Of a stretch of DNA of 37,585 bases, positions 19,183 through 29,400 are shown piece after piece. The stretch spans positions 1 through 37,585 of the IMG/VR virus record IMGVR_UViG_3300006191_000010. The stretch is one strand, 5' to 3'. Below the pieces are notes generated by a model. It did no database searches. It was not told the origin of the DNA and saw nothing but the letters and a program-made list of their open reading frames with translations. The DNA is from a virus (Duplodnaviria; Caudoviricetes). Positions within the stretch are counted from its first letter, which is position 1. Each line of letters begins with the position of its first letter. Both the position numbers and the translations under genes were made by a program.

Positions 19183-21708
19183 ATGGCTTATAGATCTCCA
19201 GGAGGAAAACGTATTTCAAGACCAAAATCAAAAAATGAGTTTGGTTGTGCTCGTCAGTATCAAACTGACCCTAATCAAGTTTACTTTGGTTGGACAGCAA
19301 CTAATTACCTAGCTTCAAACCCTGGTTGTAACAACGGTAGTGGAGTGGCTATGGTAACAAATACAAGTTGTTGTAATTGGGACACTGTGGTTGGCCTACC
19401 TAAATTAGGGCCTGGAATGCAAAGACCGCTAGCCCCAGCTGATCAGCCATTAGGTAAAACAAGATTTGGATGTGCCCAGGAGTATCAAGGCGACGCCAGC
19501 CTGCCTTATTTTGGGTGGTATGCTTACAACTACGATCCACTAGCAGATGGGTGCGATGGTGGTAACGGGCAACCGAGCCTCAATAACACAGACTGTTGTA
19601 TGTGGGATATCATAACAGGCGGCATGGGTAAAGTTGGGCCAGGGTATACAACTAAAAAAGAAATACGCGAGCCAATCTTACCATACGTTAACTCACCTAA
19701 AAAAATAGGTTGTGCTCAGGAAACTTGCAATGACATTAACTCATCGGACTACGGTTGTTACCACAAACCTTTCTATGGTTTAACTGCTTTTCCATATAAC
19801 AACCCACTGTTCTACCACGTTACAAATGATGGTTGCCCAAACGCTTTTGGTTTCCCACAAATTAACAACATAGATTGTTGTGAGTGTGACACGCCTACTG
19901 GTACCGGTGCAACTGGTGGTGTTACAGCTAAACTTGGTCCAGGTTACAATGCCCCTTTGCAAGCGGACGAAAAGCCTATAAAATGGGCTTATGGTTGCGC
20001 TCAAGAATATCAAAGTAATCCCAATTTACCATACTACGGTTGGTATGCTATGAATTACTCTCAAGGTTATCCAGGCTGCGACGTTGGAACAGGTTTTCCT
20101 GACCCAAACAATACTGATTGCTGTGATTGGGATATTCTTCTAGGTTCTCCAAGAGTTGGTGGTGATGGAACTAAAGTTGCTCCACGTGGTTTTCACTTTA
20201 TGCCCGACGGCTCACTGATGTCTAACGCTGACATGTATAAAAACGAGACTAAGAAAACACTTGATAAAAAACAAGACAAAGAATTTCTTATACAGGGGTT
20301 ATCTATAGACACGTCTGACATACCCTCAGGTGGTGCTAGAAGAGGTTACGTTGTAAGTGGTAATAGCGAAGCATATTTCACCGTAGAGGTTAGTGATGCT
20401 GATGGAAATCATTATGACTTTTACAGCGATAGTTGGGTTGCAAGAAGCAGTAGATCAGAAAGATTAAACGTTGGTCCAAACGGTTATATTGGTTATATTG
20501 ATTTCTCTGGAGTAGCAACTAAGCTACACACGTTTACGGTTAGATTATTTGCTGAAGATGGTACAAAGTTAAGACTTGGTAAAGAGGTTAGAAATAAAGA
20601 CGGTTCTTTAAACGTAAACCTTAGTGGAGCACTAAACCACCGTATGGTTGAAAAGATAATATTTCAAAACGTTACAAAACAACTCACGCTGTCTTGCGTA
20701 GCCCCATCGTTAAGTGGCTCTGGAGGCGTGTGGCAGAATTTATTACCAAGACCTGGCACTACAACGGGAGCTAGTATTACGTCTATTAACATAGGTAGTT
20801 ACGAAGGTGGTTCACCTTTCGAAATAACCATACAAGCTGGGACTGGGAAGTCTATAGCTATAAATCGTCAACCAGCGATTGGGGACTTCGCTATTATAAA
20901 AGAAGTTACCATTGGGTCATCACCAGTAGTTATACCCGGTGAGGATCTTAACGTGGATGCGCCTAAATACCACAGGTGGCCAATTAATAATGTAGCTGGG
21001 CTTTCACAGGGAATGATACTAGATCCTTTAGGCAGCAACGTCACTGCTAATAGCGAGATAAAGGATTACATAGTAGAGGGACAGTACGACGTTAAGGAGG
21101 TAGACGCTGTGTCGAGTCAAAGGGGAAAGGTTAGAAAAACAATAAAATACAAAAAACAATATATCCCAGCGGTGGAAACAACCGGACCACCAACACTAAA
21201 CCAAGCTGGTTCTATAATAGCACAAGCTGGAATCGTTACGTTTAACAACCAACAGGTCGAAGCTTTTAAGGATGATTCTAGTGTTCCTATTTATGGTTAT
21301 GGCGAGGAAGCTATAACTTCCCTTGGAGCTGGATTTTTAGCTTTCTTTAAAGATGTTCGAGCTGAAATACTACCTGGAAATTTAATTTCAACAACAGTCA
21401 CTAGCGATACCAGTAAGGTCAAAAATGATGAGGTTATTGTTAGCGAGATGGATGGAATAATACCTGGTACTAGTGTTATGATAGCCGGAGTTCAAGGCGG
21501 TAAGGTTTTGGTTACTTCAAAATCAGGAGCTTCTGGTAGCGGTACGTTGGGGTTGGCAGAGCCAAGAGCAATTCAACAAGGTTCTACGGTACATTTTGTT
21601 GGCGCTGCAAAAGTTATCACAATAACAGGTTCCTACTTTGTGAAGGGCGATTTGTCTACTAGTAAGATCATATATCTTGACGTAGAAAGATTCTTAACTA
21701 GCGCGTAA
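19183..21708 (+). CDS. Putative tail/structural protein with four N-terminal Cys-rich repeats and a beta-rich C-terminal region
   Basis: 841-aa ORF: four GCA(Q/R)...GC...CC.(W/C)D repeats, an APRGFHFMPDGSLM motif, then beta-sandwich-like sequence ending IYLDVERFLTSA. Confidence 0.7.
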   Translation: MAYRSPGGKRISRPKSKNEFGCARQYQTDPNQVYFGWTATNYLASNPGCNNGSGVAMVTNTSCCNWDTVVGLPKLGPGMQRPLAPADQPLGKTRFGCAQEYQGDASLPYFGWYAYNYDPLADGCDGGNGQPSLNNTDCCMWDIITGGMGKVGPGYTTKKEIREPILPYVNSPKKIGCAQETCNDINSSDYGCYHKPFYGLTAFPYNNPLFYHVTNDGCPNAFGFPQINNIDCCECDTPTGTGATGGVTAKLGPGYNAPLQADEKPIKWAYGCAQEYQSNPNLPYYGWYAMNYSQGYPGCDVGTGFPDPNNTDCCDWDILLGSPRVGGDGTKVAPRGFHFMPDGSLMSNADMYKNETKKTLDKKQDKEFLIQGLSIDTSDIPSGGARRGYVVSGNSEAYFTVEVSDADGNHYDFYSDSWVARSSRSERLNVGPNGYIGYIDFSGVATKLHTFTVRLFAEDGTKLRLGKEVRNKDGSLNVNLSGALNHRMVEKIIFQNVTKQLTLSCVAPSLSGSGGVWQNLLPRPGTTTGASITSINIGSYEGGSPFEITIQAGTGKSIAINRQPAIGDFAIIKEVTIGSSPVVIPGEDLNVDAPKYHRWPINNVAGLSQGMILDPLGSNVTANSEIKDYIVEGQYDVKEVDAVSSQRGKVRKTIKYKKQYIPAVETTGPPTLNQAGSIIAQAGIVTFNNQQVEAFKDDSSVPIYGYGEEAITSLGAGFLAFFKDVRAEILPGNLISTTVTSDTSKVKNDEVIVSEMDGIIPGTSVMIAGVQGGKVLVTSKSGASGSGTLGLAEPRAIQQGSTVHFVGAAKVITITGSYFVKGDLSTSKIIYLDVERFLTSA
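19240..20163 (+). repeat. Four Cys-rich repeats of about 75-95 aa spacing
   Basis: Units start at 19240 (FGCARQY), 19465 (FGCAQEY), 19705 (IGCAQET) and 19990 (YGCAQEY). Each ends in N(T/I)(S/D)CC-x-(W/C)D followed by K(L/V)GPG or RVGG. Confidence 0.88.
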
Positions 21709-21737
21709 GTAAAAGAGTAGCTGAAACTGTGACTATA
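21709..21737 (+). promoter_or_regulatory. Candidate phage promoter, copy 1: GTAAAA-N14-GTGACTATA
   Basis: Intergenic, upstream of the ejection cluster. The same two boxes with the same 14-nt spacer occur at 32057-32085. Confidence 0.5.
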
Positions 21738-21762
21738 TTAATATAAAACAAAAACTTAAATT

Positions 21763-22617
21763 ATGGCAAATAAAAATTCATCTCCAGCTAAGTTTCTTAG
21801 CGCTCTTTTTGGCGGTGCTGGTAGAAGAAGAGAGCAAAGAGCGGCCAACGAAGACTTCGGTAACCAAATGGACGCTTGGGAAGACACTAAAATGAAAAAC
21901 CCTTATGCTGGAGTAAAAAATCCTTATGCCAACATGGAGAACGTGTATGAAGACCAAACTGTAGATCTAAAGGCGGCAGAGTTTGCTAAAGAACAATCAC
22001 AACAAAGTGCTGCTAATATAATGCAAAACTTAAAAGGTGCTGCTGGTGGTAGTGGTGTAGCTGGTCTAGCTCAAGTGCTAGCAAACCAAGGAGCACAACA
22101 AGCAAAGGGAGCCGCGGCGGATATAGGTAGGCAGGAAAAAGCCAACCAAGCTAGAGCTATGGGTGAATCTAGTAGATTGCAAACTATGGATAGAGAAGGA
22201 GAGCAAAAAAGAGACATGCTAGTACGAGAAGGTGATAGGATGACAGAGCAGTTTGATTTAGACAAGCAGAGTAAAATGCTAGATATCTCTCAGCAAAGAA
22301 AAATGGCCTCTGACCAAGCAATAGACAATGCGAACGCGCAGATGGATCAGTTCGTTACAGGTGCTGTTACCAGTGGTTTAGGAGCCGCAATGTCCGATAT
22401 TCGATTAAAAGAAAACATAAACAAAACTGGAATTTCAAAGTCTGGAATACCAATATACACATTCAACTACAGAGGTGACGATCAGGTTTGGTCGGGAACA
22501 ATGGCTCAAGACTTGTTAAGCATGGGTAGAGGTGACGCGGTGACAACTACTAGTAGTGGTTACTATGGCGTTTACTATAGTATGCTTGATGTTGATATGG
22601 TAGAAAAAAATAAATAA
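21763..22617 (+). CDS. Putative ejection/pilot protein with a C-terminal peptidase S74 (intramolecular chaperone/autocleavage) domain
   Basis: A/Q/G-rich helical body, followed from 22393 by SDIRLKENI...GIPIYTFNY...GTMAQDL...YYGVYYSML, which is the S-D-x-R-x-K signature. Confidence 0.78.
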   Translation: MANKNSSPAKFLSALFGGAGRRREQRAANEDFGNQMDAWEDTKMKNPYAGVKNPYANMENVYEDQTVDLKAAEFAKEQSQQSAANIMQNLKGAAGGSGVAGLAQVLANQGAQQAKGAAADIGRQEKANQARAMGESSRLQTMDREGEQKRDMLVREGDRMTEQFDLDKQSKMLDISQQRKMASDQAIDNANAQMDQFVTGAVTSGLGAAMSDIRLKENINKTGISKSGIPIYTFNYRGDDQVWSGTMAQDLLSMGRGDAVTTTSSGYYGVYYSMLDVDMVEKNK

Positions 22618-22618
22618 T

Positions 22619-23455
22619 ATGGCTGAAGACAAGCACGTTAAAAAATATTTTGAAAACATACCTTATGGTAATGACTCTAAATCTTCTGAGATACATGGTA
22701 AGCACAATCAAGTGGTTATTAATAAGTTTGTTTCCAGTTTGGTCAGGAAGTACGACGAAGCAGTGTTAAACAAAGACAAGCAGATGGCTGGTCACTTTAA
22801 AGACGCTATTAAGAAAATGTCTAGTCAGCTTGACAACCTTAAGAATATAAAAGAAGAGTTTGCTGTTAACTACGGCGGGGGAGTTGGTGGTAAGAAATTA
22901 TTTTCTAACTACACTGACTTGAGTTTTAGCAGAGCTTTTTTTACAGAACAAGGGGATATAGGTTTCGACAAAGACTTGAACCCAGTATTATCAATCGTGG
23001 GTGAAGGTGGTGAAGTTGTAGCCAAGCGTATAGAAGATGTTACTCAGGACTGGGTGGTAAAAGGTACTGAAGAAGCTAACTTCATGAAGATGCAGCAGGA
23101 CGCTCAAAAACAAAGCAACTCTAGCGATCAACCACTAGATTTTGATGTTGATTGGCACACGGATACCATGCTATCAAATGAGGACGCTTGGAAGTCTTTT
23201 GTTTCAGACAAGATTGGTGGTAGGTATTTTCTCAATGATTACGTTGAGGAGAACGCCGAAGCTATACAGTCCGGACAAATCACTGATGACATGTTGCATC
23301 CGGATTCGTTTAACCCAGCCTTTGACAACAGACTACACAGCCACTACGCTAATCGGTTAAAAAAGTCTTTTGATCCAGACTTTCAGACAGAATCTGAAGC
23401 TAGGAAAGCAGACGGGTTAATAGCTAAAAACAACAAGGAAAACAATCAAGCTTAA
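22619..23455 (+). CDS. Hypothetical protein (278 aa), probably internal virion/ejected protein
   Basis: Tightly packed ORF between the S74 protein and the giant protein. No motif recognised. Confidence 0.6.
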   Translation: MAEDKHVKKYFENIPYGNDSKSSEIHGKHNQVVINKFVSSLVRKYDEAVLNKDKQMAGHFKDAIKKMSSQLDNLKNIKEEFAVNYGGGVGGKKLFSNYTDLSFSRAFFTEQGDIGFDKDLNPVLSIVGEGGEVVAKRIEDVTQDWVVKGTEEANFMKMQQDAQKQSNSSDQPLDFDVDWHTDTMLSNEDAWKSFVSDKIGGRYFLNDYVEENAEAIQSGQITDDMLHPDSFNPAFDNRLHSHYANRLKKSFDPDFQTESEARKADGLIAKNNKENNQA

Positions 23456-23458
23456 TAT

Positions 23459-26400
23459 ATGAACGATAATTCATTTGGAATAAGAGAAGCGAAATCTACT
23501 ATAGTTAAATCTGAATTAGATAGAATTATGCAAGGCCATATAGACTCTGGTCAGTTCACGAAAGAACAGCTTGCTGAGATTAAAAAGCGAGAGGCTAATA
23601 AAATAAAAGAAGCAAAGGTGGTAGCTGAAAAACCTAAAGTTGAAGAAGTTAAAGAGGTAGAGGTTGAGGAGGTAAAACCTACTAAACCAAACCCAAGATC
23701 AGCCTTATCTGGCTCGGGATCAACCCCAAGTGATGTGTTAGGTGCTAACAACTTAAACTTTTTTAACAAGACAGAGGAAAAAGGCGTTGAGACATTAAGA
23801 GAGTTGTATGGTGATGATTTTGTATTTGAAGAAAAACTATTTCAAGTAGACACAGATGCTAGTGGTTATGGTGGTGGTGGTTTTGATGCCATAACGGTTA
23901 GTACTAAAGATGGTAAAAAATCCGCTTCTTTTGATATGAATATAGGTGGTAGTTTAATGGCACCTAATCTTTACGGGGAAAAAGATTACGAGGTAGGCAT
24001 GCGTAAGAAACTTGGTGAATTGATGATGTCAAAAGAAGATGCTAGGAATCACTCTTATGATATACTAACAAACTTTATTAATGAAAACACTACCCAAGAA
24101 GGATTAAACTCCCAAGCTACTAAAAAAGCTAGTAGAAAAAAGCTTTTGACCGAGATGAATCTTGAGAGAGATGAGTTGGCGGCTGAGGATATAGCTGAGG
24201 TAGAGGAAAAATTCGAGAGCGGGGAGCTTTTCACTCAAGAAACTAAAAAGATATTTAGCTTTGGTAATGACTTTAAAGATGCTGGTACATACGAAGATAT
24301 AGCTTTTGAAAAAGAATTAAAACGAGCTCAAAAGCAGTTGTCAGAAGATGGTAGCAAGCCAACTAAAGATCAAGTACAAGCGCTAGCTAAAAGTTTTCTC
24401 ATTGAAGAAATCAAAGCAGAAAAGCTGACAAGTGTAATGAACTACAATGACTTTGTTCAGAGAAATGACATGCTGAACGTCAACAAAAAAGAGGGAGTTC
24501 AAGAACAATACAATTTAGCCGCTAGAGAACTCGACATTGATTTCAGGAAAGACATGGCTCTTTATGATCTTAAAAGAGAAGACCTGGAGTCTGGTGCTGA
24601 CATGGCTAGGTATAAGGAAATTAACTCGCAGTTTAGCGATGCCAACTTTGAATATGAACTTCAAGAGGGTGAGAGCTACGCTGAGTTAGAGAATGGAAAG
24701 AAAGTTCCTGAAAAAATTATTAAAGAATACCAAGCTCTACAGCCAGGTGTGACAGCTAAGATATCGTCTATAAATGAGCTTTCAGAGAGTATTCAAGAGC
24801 AAGCCGCTGGCTATAGCGATAATGTTGCTGCTATAGATATATCCAGGAGAAACTACAATGCTTGGGAAGAGTTTTTAGTCGAAACAAGCATGGGCGCATT
24901 TGAGATTGGTCTTAATGTTAAGACTGGTATACCCTTGCTTATCACAGGGGAGAACGCTGCGACAAAAAGACTTATACAAAAGTCGCACGCTATAAAAGGG
25001 AAGCTACAAGAAACTAGAGATTCCTATAGTAAAGATGTTGAGTTTGAAGATGCGTTTAGCTCTATTGGTAACTTTGGTGAGTTTGCCGCACAAGAGGTGT
25101 CTAATCAAATACCTATATTTGCCGCGCTGGCAATACCATATGTCGGTACTAGTATAATTGGTGTGTCAGCTTTTGGTGATCACTACGTTAACTTAAACAT
25201 GGAGCGGGACAGTCCCGGTGGAAGGCAAAAATCTAACGCTGACATTTGGTGGAGCTCTGTTGGATTTGGTGCGTCTGAATTAGTTTTTGAACGCCTAACA
25301 ACAATACCTTTGCTTAGGGCTGCAAGAAAAGGTTTTGCAAACACTCCGGGTGCAAAGCAATTATTGTTCAGAACCACTAAAGAGTATTTTAAAAAGAACA
25401 CTGGTAAATTTGTTTATGGTGCTTTGTCCGAGCCTATAGGTGAGGGAATGACCCAGTTAACACAGAATTGGATTGATGGAAAACCCATGACGCAAGGATT
25501 AGGACACGCTATGTTCTCTGGGCTGATGTTTGGTACCACTTTATCTGCGGCTCCGTTTATAAAAGGTGCGTACTTAAACAAGTATAACGACCACGCTTCA
25601 AAAGCTGAAGTAAGAAAGCGTGTTAATAAAATGAAAAAACTAGGCCTTACAAACCAAGAGATTGACAGTAAAATAGCTGAGCTGAAGGAGTACGGTATGG
25701 ACGGTAGGGAAAAAGCAATTAAAGATCTAAACAAAGATAAAAAAAGCAACGAGAAAATAATAGCTCAACTGTATGACCAGAATGTAGCTGAAATGAAGGA
25801 GCTTGAAACGGAAGTGCAAGGACTTAGCTCTGACGTGACTAAGATATACTTTAATCTAGAACAACAGCAAGAAGCGTTGAAGCTTGAAGCCCAAGAAATT
25901 GATAATAACAAAACCTTAACAAAAAAACAAAAAAGAGACCAATTAAAAGCAGTGCAAGCAAGGTTTGATGCTACTGGTCGTCAGATGGAGGCTTTTAAAG
26001 ATAAAAAAGCATTTGGAGATGAGTGGACCGCTTTTAAAGGAATTGAAGGGAACGCAGACAGGGTTACCGAGTTAAATAAAAAGGCTAAAAGCGAGTTGTT
26101 TAACGAAGGCAAGAAAGATCCTACAGCTATTCAAATAAACGATAAAGCTAAGTTTTTATATAACGTTGATAAAATCAACGCTGACCATAAGGCAAATTCT
26201 AAAGCGGGTTTAACAGATGTTGTTAACGTGCAAACAGAAGAAGACGCCATTGAGTATGTTGAAGGGCTTACAAACATAACCGAGGCCAATAGAAAAAAAG
26301 CAATAAAAAATATCAAGGACGGTTCACACGGCGCTAACATACCAACGACGGATAAGGATGCTGATGGTAACACCGTACTGATACCAATGCAAGTTGTTGA

Positions 26401-29400
26401 AACTATGGCTGCTGACGATAGGCTAGAGACAAGAACACATGAGGTTGGACACTCCGTGTTTATAAAAGCTATTTCTAGCGATCCTAAGGCATTTGAAGGA
26501 TTAGCCGAGCAAATACTGCAACATTTAAAAACAAACAACCCTAGCGCGTTTAAAAGGGTTTCCTTTAGAAACGGTAGACAGACTGATGCGGATGAAATTG
26601 TTATGTTGTTTTTAGAAGAAGTTGCTTCTGGTAAGGTTGACATTAAAAAGTCAGGAAAAGCTGGATTTTTTGCCACGTTAATGAACAAGGGTATTGAAGA
26701 GGTAGGTGGTAAACCTGTCGATTTAAAAGGTGAAACCGATTCTATAAAATTTTTAATAGGTATAGCTAAGAAAATAAAAGCAGGAACAATTAACGCTGCG
26801 GATATAAAAGCTATAAAAGCTAATACTATATCTAAAAATGCTGTTCTATCAACAGGCGCTACTAAAGTCAAAACAAGTAATCTTGCTGGTGATCTAGTGA
26901 AGGCATCAAGAGCTGTAAACCTGGATGATCCTAAGTTTGAAGGCATGGATATCAGCGAGCGCATAGATTCTTACACTAACGGTGCAAAGAGTATAGCAGA
27001 ACTACAAGAAGGCGGTATGCGATCACCTTTCTCAACCATATACACGGGTATATTACAAGGCGGCTTTGATAGAGTGTTTGCAGAGGGTATATCCAACGAG
27101 CAAAAACAAATACAAAGAGAAAACCTAGGTACACGATTAATAAACTACGACCCAGCTAAAACACCTGAGCTTTCTAAGTGGATGTATGGTGGTAGTGGTA
27201 AAAAAGGTAACATTGGTTATGCTGCTTTAGTTGCTAAGGAAAAACTATACAAGGAAGGAGAGAAGAGAAAACAAGAAGTACGTGGTGATGCTGTAACGGA
27301 AGATGGTAAAACACTGTTTGACAAAATGGTTGATGAAGGTACTGAAAACGATCAAACTAACAAAAACGATAACATTAGAGTTCAAAAAGCTAGAGTTCTA
27401 AAGAATCTAGCAGATATTAACATCGATAACCCTGGTGTTATAGACGGAAATATTAGAGCTCAAGTCGATGCTTTGATTGAAAGTAACCCGAAGAACTTAA
27501 CGCAGGCAATTCAAAAGTTAATTAAAGGAGATATACGTTTGGCTATACAAGCTCAAATGGGTACCATTAGCTTTAAGGGTGGGGTTATAGTTATAAGTGA
27601 TCAATATAAGAAGTTTATAGCTGACAACTACACCCACATTGTTCAAAGTTTAGATGTGGCTACTATAAAAAATAACTACAACACACTGTTTGAGTTAAAC
27701 GTTATAGGCAAGGAAGATAAAAAGAATAAGAAGTCAGACAATAAGGCTTTAAAAAAAGATAGTAACTTCAGGAAAAATATATACGAGCTAGTAACAAACA
27801 AAGCTAAGTTTACTAAATTTTTTACTGACACCACTAGTGATGCAGATCCAAGGTCACACAACACTAAGTTGAGGGGAAGGCAAGAGAAGCTAGCAATACT
27901 TATAGGAGAAGCATACGCGGTAGATGTTGCAAATGATGTTGTCATTGACAACTCTAAGGATATGAATGCCGTTATAAAGGCTGAGCTTGATAATTTTGCA
28001 AATACTTTAAATAGACAGAAAAAAGAAGTTGAGGGCAACTACAAAGATCAAATCAAATACTCGGCTAAAGCAAAGGCTGATGCTGATTTCATACTTGAAT
28101 TAGTTACTAAAACAGATATTAGCAATGTGTTTTCTAGCGACGGCAAGTTGTTACCTAAGTATGTAGATCAACTAGAACTAAAAAAAGAAACGAAGGCGGC
28201 AGATCTTATATGGAGTTTGCGTGGTAAAAAACTAGAGGGAATCGGCGATATACTTTACGTTCAAAAAGCTTATCATAAATTATTCAAAGAAGGAGAGCGA
28301 GGCACTGCTTATGAAAAAGGCTTAATAGACATGACTATTCAGCTGGAAAAAAGATTAGGTAAAGATGTTGTTCAAGCCGTGTTGAGAGCGCCAACAGAGG
28401 TTGGTGGTAAACCAGATGCTATTATAGCTCTATACGGAGAGGTATTCAACATTGAAGCCAAAATGAGCAACGCTCAGTATAGTAGCGTCACATTTGCTAT
28501 AGATGCTAATGGAGATTTTATTATTAAAAAAGACTACACGTTTGGTAATAAAATACTAAAGGAACTAGGAGAGGGCGTTCAACCCGGTATACAACTTGCT
28601 AAAGACTATCTTTTAACAGTAGAAAATCCTGACACCGGCAAGGTAGGCTACGTTTGGGACGATATATCGGAACTACCTGGATGGGCGCATAGATTACTTA
28701 CCGACAAAAACAACCAGGTTACTTTTAATGGCAAAACCAAAACGTATTTCAGACACATGCACGCTGAGATACCTATAAAGCTAGATGTTATATCAGAGAT
28801 ATACAATAAGAAAAAAGGCTACCCTGTTAATGTAATGCAGATGATGGGTAGGGGTTTGTTTTACATGGGTGGTTTTAACGATACCAAAAACATTCTTAAT
28901 TTACCTGAATTCAAAGGCGATGGAACTATAGGCTTGAGAGTCGGGTCAACAACAAAGAAGTCTGCGGCTACTGACGCTGATAAAAGAAACAAGGCTCCAG
29001 AGATTAAAAACGGAAGTATATTTAAGAACGGCGTGAGTGGTGCTAAGTGGCAGGTGAAAAGAGACGTCAAGAGATACGCTTGGAGGGCAATACCTTTAAT
29101 ACCAAACACAACGCTAGACGACATGAGCTCACCACACAGCATTGGTACTGTTGCTGGTTTACAAAAGCTTATTGATAGCTCTACTCATTTAAAGATGATG
29201 AGAGACAGTAAACAACAACAGATCTTGGCTAAGGCTGGTAAAAATGGCAAGTCTTCTGTTAAAGGTAGCAAAGGTATCACTGTGTTGGATTTTGACGATA
29301 CACTAGCAACAAGTAATTCATTAATTAGATACACAAAGCCTGATGGAACTAAGGGTACTTTAAACGCAGAGCAATACGCTAGCACTTATGAGGAGTTGAC

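Noticed and set aside
23135-23155. DFDVD in the 278-aa protein as a crAss RNAP catalytic loop (DFDID)
   Set aside because: The protein is far too small and the surrounding sequence lacks polymerase context.
26131-26964. 277-aa minus-strand ORF, and the other short minus-strand ORFs in the track
   Set aside because: They are antisense shadows of long plus-strand genes, with S/L/F-rich composition and no motifs or plausible leaders. The whole window is plus-strand coded.
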